Assembly (NCBI GenBank): GCA_044345055.1
Contig: JBIJBT010000019.1
Span: forward strand, 1 to 38,903
Reading direction: 5' to 3'
Origin: Bdellovibrionota bacterium
GTDB lineage: Bacteria > Bdellovibrionota_C > UBA2361 > OMIW01
Length of the DNA stretch: 38,903 bases
Shown here: piece by piece, positions 18,064 through 27,032 of the stretch
How positions within the stretch are numbered: the first letter of the stretch is position 1
How the letters are laid out: every line of letters begins with the position of its first letter
Made by a program: the position numbers and the translations under genes
The notes under the pieces: generated by a model
The model's input: the letters and a program-made list of their open reading frames with translations, nothing else
The model's database searches: none
What the model was told of the DNA's origin: nothing

Positions 18064-19560
18064 ATGAACGAAGAGACTCTGATCTTCGACCGATTGACTC
18101 GCAAGCTTCTTGTCATCGCCATCTGTTGTATCGGTGCGCTTACATTGGTAACAGTTCCACTTGTTCGGTCTCTTTGGTTAGACGAGACGGTTACAACATG
18201 GGTCATATCGGGTGACTGGATTCAGGCGTGGCATCGAGCTGTAACCTTTCAAGCCCAATCACCTCTTTATTTTTTGCTTATCAAGATGTGGCCCTTCTCC
18301 GGCGATTTTGGGCTTATCTCTGCATCGCTAATTTTTGGAGCGCTATCTGGATTCGGGGTTTATCTCACTGTCAAGGAGTTACTGGGAAGAGACGCGGCGC
18401 TTTTTTCCATTTTATTACTCCTGACTAATATCGACCTCTTAAAAGTATCGATTCAGATTCGTCCCTATAGTCTTGGCTTAGTAGGTGCGGCGTGGTCGCC
18501 CCTGTTACTCTTTTGGTGGCTCAGATACAAAGAGACTCGATATTTGGTTTTACATTTTCTCCTCGCACTTATTGCGTTCTACTCGCACTATCTTTTCAGT
18601 CTTATCGCCATTGGGTTTCCGATAATTTTATATTTTTGGGGTAATCAAACCTTTTGGAGGAGGTATTTTATCGGTGCATCACTTACCGCATTACTCTCAT
18701 TGCCCGGCATTTATCACCTTATATGGTGGAGCAGAAAGGCAGGGGATTCCCTTTTTTTACCGACTCCCGATTTTGCTACATTCCTCAAGTTGATACTTCC
18801 GCTTTATACAGTTGTATTGCTTATATTTTCGACAATCGCTGCCGCCCTTTTTACCAAGAAATTTATAATAGTGAGGTCTTGGAAGACACTTGCACTCGCC
18901 CTTGTCTGGGTTGTCGGGGGATCGCTCATCCTGTTTTTTGCTTCGTGGTTCTTCGGTAGCTCGCTTTATATCGACCGCTACCTTAGTTGGCGATTAAGTG
19001 GAGTAGTTCTTTTTTCGACACTAGTTCTGTTACTCTTTCGTGATCAACGCGGCCAAAGGATTTTTATCGCTGCCTACCTCTTTTTTGCGTTTCAGCAGAC
19101 GATTGAGCGAAAATGGTTTCTTGAGGAATGGTCGACAGTTGCTGCCCTAGCGAGAGATAGTGAGAATATTCCTGTAATCTTGTACTCTGGCCTTCGCGAA
19201 AGTGAAAAGCTACCTGATGAGGAGTCGCCCGAATTAAAGGAATTCCTTGCTTCACCCCTTATTCACTATGGAGTTCGACTCGAACAAATATCGGTGATAC
19301 CCGGGTTTGCCGATTCAATTTCTGCAACCAAATACTTACAGGGAGTGTCGGCAGTCTCGAAGAAGATGGCACAATCATTTCTCCTCGTGATAAATGATCA
19401 ACCAATATTTTTGAAGGGACAGGCAGTCATCAATCCGAAGACCGGTTTAATTTCTTTCTTTGAAAAAGAAGGGGCACAATGTGAATTGTTTCGTTCAGTC
19501 GGTCAGCAGTTCGAAGAGTTAGTCAAGGTGTATCGATGTGATTGGAGATTAGATAAATAA
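18064..19560 (+). CDS. Polytopic GT-C glycosyltransferase (GT39/PMT_2/ArnT-like)
   Basis: 'SLWLDE' acidic motif after TM1, 'PLYF', 'RPYSL', many TM helices. Confidence 0.7.
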   Translation: MNEETLIFDRLTRKLLVIAICCIGALTLVTVPLVRSLWLDETVTTWVISGDWIQAWHRAVTFQAQSPLYFLLIKMWPFSGDFGLISASLIFGALSGFGVYLTVKELLGRDAALFSILLLLTNIDLLKVSIQIRPYSLGLVGAAWSPLLLFWWLRYKETRYLVLHFLLALIAFYSHYLFSLIAIGFPIILYFWGNQTFWRRYFIGASLTALLSLPGIYHLIWWSRKAGDSLFLPTPDFATFLKLILPLYTVVLLIFSTIAAALFTKKFIIVRSWKTLALALVWVVGGSLILFFASWFFGSSLYIDRYLSWRLSGVVLFSTLVLLLFRDQRGQRIFIAAYLFFAFQQTIERKWFLEEWSTVAALARDSENIPVILYSGLRESEKLPDEESPELKEFLASPLIHYGVRLEQISVIPGFADSISATKYLQGVSAVSKKMAQSFLLVINDQPIFLKGQAVINPKTGLISFFEKEGAQCELFRSVGQQFEELVKVYRCDWRLDK

Positions 19561-19578
19561 TTTTATAAAGCCGCTCTT

Positions 19579-21237
19579 TTATTGCCACGCCTTCATTAAT
19601 TGAGCGAGGTGTCGTAATTTGGACCTATTGAAACACTCCTGATTAAGAGAAGAGCCTTCGATTAGTACAGACTTAATATCTTTCATCGAAACCGAAAAAA
19701 CGATGAATTCCTTCGTTTCTGGGGAAAGATCTGCCGTTATCAAATTGTGCGACTTAGCGCAGTTGTAAAGCGATCCGATAGAAAAATCGGTCAGAGCGAC
19801 GCTAAAGAACCATAAATGAACCGGCGAGGAAGTTTCCTCTATTTTATTAACAACAGAATAAAAATCTCTCCAATCCTCATAATCCCACTTAAATTTTACG
19901 CTTTGAAGCCAGACATTCCTGTTCTCATACCCTTTTGAAATAATCGTCTCTTCGATATAGCGCGTCTTGTCGGGGAACAGATGGTGATTAAGATAGAGTG
20001 CGCCAAGCTTGTTAGTGACCACCGTTGATTGTTCCGGAATCTTTGTCTTAAAAGTCTCAGTGAAATATCTCCACGATTCAACCGTTAGAGGTGTCTCATA
20101 GTTCCATTTGAAATAGAGATCATGACTTGCAAGGTGATGGGCGTATACTAGAGCTACTGCGGACATCGATAATGAGAGAATCTGTTGTCCGCTTTTTGAA
20201 AATCGCTCCGATACATGATAAGCAAGATAACTAATACACATTCCGATTGGCAGAAATATCCAGGTACAGTAGCGAGAGCCAGTTAACGGAAATAGATGGA
20301 AAAAGTTTAGTAATAGCTCCCCACAAAAAACGGTAATCGGGAAAATACCCCAGAGGGAGTTTCTTTTGAGAGCCAAAAGGAGTCCAGTAATAGTTGCTGC
20401 AAGAAGCGCTATCGCGCGCTTGGTACTTCCTCCAAAAAATCCGGTGTAAACCTCCAAAAGTTGGAAAGTAAAATCTTCAACACTACCGGCTGTCTTAAAT
20501 GCTGGAGTTGTTGTTTTACCGTAAAGATACGTTACCCACCCACTAATCATAGTGTTTGAAGAGAGAAGTGGAATTGAGAGAGAGATTCCAAGTAGAAGCG
20601 ATATTCCGACTATTTGAAACCATTGCCGATTCGAAAAATTAGGTAGTTTTATTTTGCCAATCCGGGAGAAGGCAAGGTATGAAAGGGCGCAAGATCCCGC
20701 GAAAAAAAAACCTGAGTAGTGGAGTGAACAGGAAAAAAGAGCTAACGATCCGAAGAGGAGGCTTCGCTTCTGAGTCGCACGCTCACCGAGGAAAAGGAGG
20801 CTGAGGGTCAGTAGGTAAAGTGATGTCTGGAATAAAGCATAGTTACGGATAGAAAAAGAGTAGGTAACTGAAAAGGGGGCGAGTAATTGAATGCTTGCTA
20901 AAACTACCCCTGCGACCGGATTAAGCCAGATATAGCCTAGAAGATAGGCACAGATGACAGAGGCTACTCCAGGGATAATCGAAAATAATCGATGTACTTT
21001 TACATCCTCACTACCTTGAAGTATTAGGTGACGTAAAATATGACTTCCTGGCGGGTGAAGCTCGCGGCTACCTCTCGATAAAACCTCTGAAAGGGTGGCA
21101 CCATCTGCTATATCAAGATGCATCAATTCGTCGGGATGAAAATAGTAGCGGTCAAGTGGTGTAACGAAGATGCAAAGCGCCGCTGTAACCAGCAGAGTAA
21201 GATTAAGGACCAGTAATAGGAACTTTTTATTCGACAT
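19579..21237 (-). CDS. Polytopic GT-C glycosyltransferase (GT39/PMT_2/ArnT-like)
   Basis: 'FHPDE' motif after TM1, 'HPPG', 'RLFSI', 'RNYAL', many TM helices plus a soluble C-terminal domain. Confidence 0.68.
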   Translation of the reverse strand: MSNKKFLLLVLNLTLLVTAALCIFVTPLDRYYFHPDELMHLDIADGATLSEVLSRGSRELHPPGSHILRHLILQGSEDVKVHRLFSIIPGVASVICAYLLGYIWLNPVAGVVLASIQLLAPFSVTYSFSIRNYALFQTSLYLLTLSLLFLGERATQKRSLLFGSLALFSCSLHYSGFFFAGSCALSYLAFSRIGKIKLPNFSNRQWFQIVGISLLLGISLSIPLLSSNTMISGWVTYLYGKTTTPAFKTAGSVEDFTFQLLEVYTGFFGGSTKRAIALLAATITGLLLALKRNSLWGIFPITVFCGELLLNFFHLFPLTGSRYCTWIFLPIGMCISYLAYHVSERFSKSGQQILSLSMSAVALVYAHHLASHDLYFKWNYETPLTVESWRYFTETFKTKIPEQSTVVTNKLGALYLNHHLFPDKTRYIEETIISKGYENRNVWLQSVKFKWDYEDWRDFYSVVNKIEETSSPVHLWFFSVALTDFSIGSLYNCAKSHNLITADLSPETKEFIVFSVSMKDIKSVLIEGSSLNQECFNRSKLRHLAQLMKAWQ

Positions 21238-21333
21238 CTGCTCGAGGTCCGTGGCTAGTGTTCATTTCGTGATATTATATCAGGTATTTAATACACCAAC
21301 CAACTAGCCGAGTTTACTCTTTTTTCTCTTACT

Positions 21334-22161
21334 TTATTTTCCCAAAAATAAAGCGATACTCTCTTGCTCAATAGTTGGCCATTTTTTCTTGATTATCTCC
21401 GCAAAATCACTTGGTAGGTAATCAAGAGAGAGATAGCTTCGTCTTTTTTTATCCAGTCCTACAAAAGATATAGCCATGGAGTGAAGAAAAAAAGGGCGGT
21501 GATGAGATTGTGGAAGTTGAGTCGTTGAACCGTAGAGGCTATCTCCAACTAGAGGATGGCCGATAAATGCAGCGTGGGCTCGAATCTGGTGTCTCCTACC
21601 GGTGCTAAGAAGAACTGCGGCAATTGAGGCCTCTTGCTTAGTTGAGGTTCCATAATCAGTAGGCAGAGATATATTCTGGAGTGGAAAAAAAGTCGACTCG
21701 GCGGGCTGGAGAGTGCGAAAATTTCGGAGACTAGGCGATATTTCCGATCCAGAGCTGTATAAAACGCTCACTTTTTTTGAGTGTCGATATCGAGAGCCGA
21801 TCGATGCTGAGCAGGTTTGGTTTCCGGAGAGTGCACCCTCTGTGAGTGCGATATACCACTTGATGACGAGATTTTTTGAAAAGAGATCGCGAAGATGGTT
21901 CCATGCAGCAGCGCTTTTTGCTGAAACTAGCACACCACTTGTTTCCCAATCGAGTCGATGAGCGAGGCCGCAGTCGCCTTTTCCGATCTTCGCTTGCTCT
22001 GGATAGACCGCGCTAATCCAGGATGCAACAGAGTCGTCGGATTGATTAAGCGTTGCTGAGTGAATCTTTGGAGGTTTTATAAATACTCGATAGAGGTCGT
22101 CTTCAGCAAGAAGATCTATCGGCGAATGGTCCTGATTCATTTGTATCAGATGTGTGATCAA
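21334..22161 (-). CDS. RluA-family RNA pseudouridine synthase
   Basis: Catalytic 'HRLDWETSG', 'TGRRHQIRAH', 'GHPLVGDSLYG'. The start may be ATG 22140. Confidence 0.9.
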   Translation of the reverse strand: MITHLIQMNQDHSPIDLLAEDDLYRVFIKPPKIHSATLNQSDDSVASWISAVYPEQAKIGKGDCGLAHRLDWETSGVLVSAKSAAAWNHLRDLFSKNLVIKWYIALTEGALSGNQTCSASIGSRYRHSKKVSVLYSSGSEISPSLRNFRTLQPAESTFFPLQNISLPTDYGTSTKQEASIAAVLLSTGRRHQIRAHAAFIGHPLVGDSLYGSTTQLPQSHHRPFFLHSMAISFVGLDKKRRSYLSLDYLPSDFAEIIKKKWPTIEQESIALFLGK

Positions 22162-22198
22162 AAAGGGGTGTGAAGATTGTATAACTCTGCCCCGTCGG

Positions 22199-22222
22199 AG
22201 AGCCGCACAATTATGCGGCTCT
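22199..22222 (-). terminator. Stem-loop downstream of glk
   Basis: AGAGCCGCA/TGCGGCTCT 9-bp inverted repeat, 17 nt past the glk stop; no clear U-tract. Confidence 0.4.
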
Positions 22223-22239
22223 GCACAGTCACGCTGCTG

Positions 22240-23232
22240 CTACATCTCGGAAGCTAGGTACGCGGCTCCATGAAGACCCGTTAGAGGATCTTTTACAACA
22301 TAGAGCGGAGTTGCTTCCACGAGGGGAGAGAGTCTTCCCTTAGCAAGATAGCTCGATACTATGTCACCTGCTTTCAATAACTCTAATATTTTCCCGGGGA
22401 TTCCACCTGCAAGGTAGATTCCTCCTGATGCAAGATAAGTGAGCATCATATTTCCTGCGTGAGCACCGAGTATATTCATAAAGATGGAGAGTGTTTCTGT
22501 CGCGAGAGGATCTACCCCTTTGAGCGCAGCCTCACCTATCGCTGCGCTTGGGTCGAATAACCGAATCGCCTCGGCGAGGTCGGCAGATTCGGGTGCAAAC
22601 TTGATATCTCTTAAGAAGGAGTAAATATTGAGAATTCCCGGTCCGGAGATGATTCGTTCAATGCTGACGCGACCAAACTTCGCTGTAAGGTATCGCAGAA
22701 GATCTATCTCGCGTTCTGTTCGAGGAGCAAAATCAGCATGCCCTCCCTCGGAGCCGAGAAGCACGGTGCGCCCGGGGTCTCGGTAAAGGACGGCTTGTCC
22801 GAGTCCGGTGCCGGGTGCGATGACACAGAATGTATCTTGCTCGTGAACTGCTGCCCCCGGATGAAGAGTGACGTAATCAAGAGAGCCCAGATAGGGAAGA
22901 GAAGCAGCGGTTGCAACAAGGTCGTTTACGAGTCGAACGCGGGGAATTTTCAGTTCGTCAGATAGTTCATATTCGCTCAGTCGCCAAGGAAGATTAGTTG
23001 TCCTAACCGCTCCATCGGAAACGGGGCCAGGCACGCCAAAACAGGCCGCTGAAACGATATTCTTATCCTTGCCGACGAACTCTTTCGTCATCTCCTGAAG
23101 GGTTGGATATGCCTTGCTATCAAATCGTTGGCTTCTATGAATGGATACGTGACCGTCTTTGGAGTGATATAGTGCTAGCAGTGTTTTTGTTCCACCGATA
23201 TCTCCGGCTAACACTAGAGAAGCTGCAACCAT
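22240..23232 (-). CDS. glk: Glucokinase (non-ROK family)
   Basis: 'LAGDIGGTK', 'GPV...TNLPW', 'LVND', 'PGTGLG', 'SEGGH', 'GGIYLAGGI'. Confidence 0.95.
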   Translation of the reverse strand: MVAASLVLAGDIGGTKTLLALYHSKDGHVSIHRSQRFDSKAYPTLQEMTKEFVGKDKNIVSAACFGVPGPVSDGAVRTTNLPWRLSEYELSDELKIPRVRLVNDLVATAASLPYLGSLDYVTLHPGAAVHEQDTFCVIAPGTGLGQAVLYRDPGRTVLLGSEGGHADFAPRTEREIDLLRYLTAKFGRVSIERIISGPGILNIYSFLRDIKFAPESADLAEAIRLFDPSAAIGEAALKGVDPLATETLSIFMNILGAHAGNMMLTYLASGGIYLAGGIPGKILELLKAGDIVSSYLAKGRLSPLVEATPLYVVKDPLTGLHGAAYLASEM

Positions 23233-23651
23233 ATGTGTCCTGCTGAATCTACTGGGCTCTTTAAAATAGAGGAAGAGAGGTCAGATGCTATCCGCACTTT
23301 TATCTCTCTGGCTATCGTATACAACAAGTTTTTCATTTCGTCGAAGGTTAACAAAAAAAGAAGTCTTTTTGTTGCGCGCTGCATCAGTAGGAGAATCGGT
23401 ATCTTGGTGATGAAGTTGCTCAAATTGAACTCAGATTAAGCCAATGTTTAACCTATAAGGCGATTGAAATAGATGCCAGCCTGTGGTTGACTGTTGCCCA
23501 AAGGGAATGAACGGTGTCGGCGTGTGGTACCTTCATCGTCGTACAAGTTAAATTGGTTTTGGTCAGATGAGATTTGGGTACCAAGAGCGGGATTTAGCGG
23601 GTTAGTGTTTTAGCGTTGTAAAACTTAATTTTGTATTCAAGCGGTGTCGTG

Positions 23652-24950
23652 ATGAAGGTGCTCATGCTGGGTTGGGAATATCCGCCCCACATTACGGGGG
23701 GCCTAGGGACGGCCTGTGAAGGGCTGACGATGGCCTTGGCGCGCGGAGGAGTCGATATATCATTTGTCGTTCCAGCGCTTCTTGGGGGAGAGCGTGCTCC
23801 CCACATGACGTTAATCGATTCTTGGGACGAGCAAGCGGTGCCAGCCCGTTCAGGAGGGAAGCTCGCGTCTAATGTTAGCTCCCACGTTAAGACCCTTTTT
23901 GGGTGTTATGCCCGAGAAGAGGAGGTTGAAAATAGGTTATTGCTCGGCGAAATTGAGAGTGAATTGGAGGACGAGGAGGGCGAGAGCGCCGAGGGGGCAA
24001 TCCCGAAGAAATCGCCGAAGGGTAGCCGATACGGCGGCAACATGATGGAGGAGGTTTACGGCTTCTCTCAAAGAGTTGCGCAGTTGGTGGGTAAACTCGA
24101 TTTTGACCTAATTCACGCTCACGATTGGATGACTTATCCGGCGGGAGTGGTTGCATCTCGTCTTACCGGTAAGCCTCTTGTAACTCATGTTCATAGCCTT
24201 GAGTACGATCGCAGCGGTCAATCGGTCCACCCGACTATCCACGGAATTGAGCGGCTCGGTATTGAGAACTCGGGAGCTGTTATTGCGGTGAGTGGTTACA
24301 CCCGATCGGTGGTAATTGATCAGCACCCAGTTGAGGGAGAGAGGGTTTTCGTTGTTCATAACGGAGTATCCGGCAAATATCGTCGGTCGTTAAGGAAGAA
24401 GGTCGAGAAAAAACAGCGAGGAAAGACAGTACTTTTTCTTGGACGTATTACGTTCCAGAAAGGGCCTGATTACCTGGTAGATGCGGCCTCTCGTGTGGTT
24501 CGACATATTCCAGATGTTAAGTTCGTTATCGCTGGTACGGGGGATATGCTTCCTCAATTGGTCGGTAGAGTTAATGACCTTGGACTACAGAATCATTTTG
24601 ATTTTCCGGGATTTTTGTCTGGCCCTGACGTTGAGCGAATGATGCGCCAAGCGGATCTTTACGTAATGCCATCGGTGTCAGAGCCTTTCGGAATATCAGC
24701 GCTAGAAGCTATTTCATGCGATACGCCGTGCCTAATTTCGAAGCAATCAGGTGTGGGAGAGGTTTTAAGGCACGCACTGCGGGTTGACTTCTGGGATGTT
24801 AATCGGATGGCGGATCTGATGATTAATGCACTGTTATATCCGAGTATGTGTTACGAGATGGTGCGAAATGCTTCACGAGAAGCACAGCGGTTGCGATGGG
24901 GCCCGGCGGCTCGGCGGACCCTTGAAGTGTACCGATCGGTTGTGAGTTAA
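23652..24950 (+). CDS. GT4-family glycosyltransferase (putative alpha-glucan/glycogen synthase type)
   Basis: 'MLGWEYPP.I.GGLG.AC.GL', 'HAHDWMTY', 'GRIT.QKGP', 'PSVSEPFGI.ALEA'. Start set at ATG 23652. Confidence 0.85.
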   Translation: MKVLMLGWEYPPHITGGLGTACEGLTMALARGGVDISFVVPALLGGERAPHMTLIDSWDEQAVPARSGGKLASNVSSHVKTLFGCYAREEEVENRLLLGEIESELEDEEGESAEGAIPKKSPKGSRYGGNMMEEVYGFSQRVAQLVGKLDFDLIHAHDWMTYPAGVVASRLTGKPLVTHVHSLEYDRSGQSVHPTIHGIERLGIENSGAVIAVSGYTRSVVIDQHPVEGERVFVVHNGVSGKYRRSLRKKVEKKQRGKTVLFLGRITFQKGPDYLVDAASRVVRHIPDVKFVIAGTGDMLPQLVGRVNDLGLQNHFDFPGFLSGPDVERMMRQADLYVMPSVSEPFGISALEAISCDTPCLISKQSGVGEVLRHALRVDFWDVNRMADLMINALLYPSMCYEMVRNASREAQRLRWGPAARRTLEVYRSVVS

Positions 24951-25028
24951 CCGTTTTGTTACAAAGAGCGGTCGGAGGTGTTTGGGACTGATAGGTCCAC
25001 TTATTGTTTTTATTAAGAGGAGCAGCTT

Positions 25029-26246
25029 ATGTCATCAGTTTGTTTTTACTTTCAGGTTCATCAACCATTTCGGCTGAAGCCCTTCTCTTACTTTGATTCC
25101 TCTGCGCGTCTTGATTATTTTGATGATCAAAAGAATGGCGAAATAGCCCGTAAAGTCGCTGAAAAATGCTATATCCCAACCAATAAGTTGATGCTTGAGC
25201 TTATCGACCGCTATGAGGGTAAATTCAGGATTGCCTATTCCATTACTGGAGTTGCTATCGAGCAGATGGAGCGATACACCCCCGAAGTTTTGGAGCTGTT
25301 CTGTCAATTGGCGAAAACAGGATGTGTTGAGTTTCTTGGTGAGACCTATTATCACTCACTCGCCGCGCTCTATGATCCAGCTGAATTCAAGGAACAGGTA
25401 GCTCGTCACCAATCAATTACCGAAGCTTTGTTTGGCCAACGCCCGACCGTATTCAGAAATACTGAATTGATATTCTCTGATGATATAGCTCGGTTGGTTG
25501 CTTCGCTTGGTTTTAAGGGAGTTGTTGCTGAGGGAGCTGATGATATTTTGGGATGGCGGAGCCCTAATTTCATTTATGACAGTGCAGCGGCGCCGATAAA
25601 GCTACTTCTGAAGAATTATCGATTGTCCGATGATGTCGCCTTTAGATTTTCTAATCGCGATTGGGCTGAGTGGCCTCTAACAGCCGATCGATACGCGAAT
25701 TGGATCCATAACGTTAGCGGTAACGGGGATACTGTGAATCTCTTCATGGATTATGAAACCTTCGGAGAGCATCAGTGGAGCTGCACAGGTATCTTTGATT
25801 TCATGCGGGCGTTGCCCGGTATGGTGATGCAGCATCCAGACTGGGCATTTAGGACTCCAAGTGAGGTTCTTGCTAGTCACCCCACTGTGGCACCACTGTC
25901 GTTTCATCGTCTGACTTCATGGGCTGACATGGAGCGCGACATAACGGCGTGGCGCGGTAATCGGATGCAGGAACAGGCGTTCGATATCTGCTACGACCTA
26001 GGAAAAGAGGTTAAATGGCAACAAGACGGAGCGCTATTAGATGCGTGGCGCAGACTACAGACCTCCGATCACTTTTACTACATGTGTACGAAGTGGTTCG
26101 CTGATGGCGATGTGCACGCCTATTTTAGCCCTTATGCGAGTCCGTATGATGGGTTCGTCAACTACATGAATGTCCTTCGGGATTTCCGAGAGCAGGTTGT
26201 TTCTCGGGCAGGAGGAAGGCAGGTAAAGCGAGTAGTCGCAGGGTAG
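25029..26246 (+). CDS. GH57-family alpha-amylase-like glycoside hydrolase
   Basis: 'YFQVHQP', 'ETYYHSL', catalytic 'FRNTEL' and 'MDYETFGEH', 'LQTSDHFYYM'. Confidence 0.9.
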   Translation: MSSVCFYFQVHQPFRLKPFSYFDSSARLDYFDDQKNGEIARKVAEKCYIPTNKLMLELIDRYEGKFRIAYSITGVAIEQMERYTPEVLELFCQLAKTGCVEFLGETYYHSLAALYDPAEFKEQVARHQSITEALFGQRPTVFRNTELIFSDDIARLVASLGFKGVVAEGADDILGWRSPNFIYDSAAAPIKLLLKNYRLSDDVAFRFSNRDWAEWPLTADRYANWIHNVSGNGDTVNLFMDYETFGEHQWSCTGIFDFMRALPGMVMQHPDWAFRTPSEVLASHPTVAPLSFHRLTSWADMERDITAWRGNRMQEQAFDICYDLGKEVKWQQDGALLDAWRRLQTSDHFYYMCTKWFADGDVHAYFSPYASPYDGFVNYMNVLRDFREQVVSRAGGRQVKRVVAG

Positions 26247-26290
26247 TAATAGTTGACGAATTAAGTCCGGTTGTTAAGGATGTAACGGCG

Positions 26291-26527
26291 ATGATTCCTC
26301 CGCAGCAAATCTTAGAAAAATTAAAAGAGGCGTTTCCTGGTGGTGAGATTGGTATAACCGATCTCACCGGAGGAATGGATCACTATCAGGTTGTGATCGA
26401 ATGGACGGGGTTTGCAGGCGTGAACGCTGTAGCTCGTCATCGGATGGTTCACGCAGCTTTACGAGAAGAGCTGCGAGGACCAATCCATGCGCTCACCCTT
26501 GAATTGAGGGAAAAACCGTTGAGCTGA
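26291..26527 (+). CDS. BolA-family protein
   Basis: 'DHYQVVI...F.G...V.RHRMV..AL......IHAL'; adjacent to grxD. Confidence 0.9.
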   Translation: MIPPQQILEKLKEAFPGGEIGITDLTGGMDHYQVVIEWTGFAGVNAVARHRMVHAALREELRGPIHALTLELREKPLS

Positions 26528-26585
26528 TAAGAGGGGCGGTTGCTAAGGAAGATAGTCGTAAAGAGATGCCGCGAAGGAATTATTT

Positions 26586-26948
26586 ATGAATGATCAAGAA
26601 GAAAAGCGAAGTTTACGAGTTGTCAACAGTAACGAGCAGTCTCGCGATGTTCAGCAAGAGATAGCCGACATCGTAAAGAATAATCAAATCGTCATCTTTA
26701 TGAAGGGAATCCCTACTGCTCCGCAGTGTGGTTTCTCTGCTCGTGCAGTTTCGATTTTGCGTCAATATTCCCCATCCTTTTATGCCGTTGATGTACTGCG
26801 CGACCAAGAGATTCGGGAGGGCATTAAGGAATATTCCGATTGGCCGACAATCCCTCAGCTATTCGTTAGCGGGGAATTTATCGGTGGATCGGATATTATG
26901 GCCTCCATGCATGAATCGGGCGAATTGGCGGCAATTTTGAAGGCGTAA
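26586..26948 (+). CDS. grxD: Monothiol glutaredoxin (Grx4)
   Basis: 'FMKG....PQCGFS', 'WPTIPQLF..GEFIGGSDI'. Confidence 0.95.
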   Translation: MNDQEEKRSLRVVNSNEQSRDVQQEIADIVKNNQIVIFMKGIPTAPQCGFSARAVSILRQYSPSFYAVDVLRDQEIREGIKEYSDWPTIPQLFVSGEFIGGSDIMASMHESGELAAILKA

Positions 26949-26984
26949 CTAAGGCTCTCCCATTTTCGAGCCTTCTCGACTCTA

Positions 26985-27032
26985 CTGTCTCCGCTCCAGA
27001 CTGTCTCCGCTCAAGGCTCTCTCCGCTCAAGA
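26985..27032. repeat. Three imperfect tandem copies of a 16-bp unit overlapping the GH63 stop codon
   Basis: CTGTCTCCGCTCCAGA / CTGTCTCCGCTCAAGG / CTCTCTCCGCTCAAGA. Confidence 0.85.

Noticed and set aside
26985..27032. Short repeats considered as a CRISPR remnant
   Set aside because: Units are contiguous 16-mers with no spacers, and no cas genes are present.
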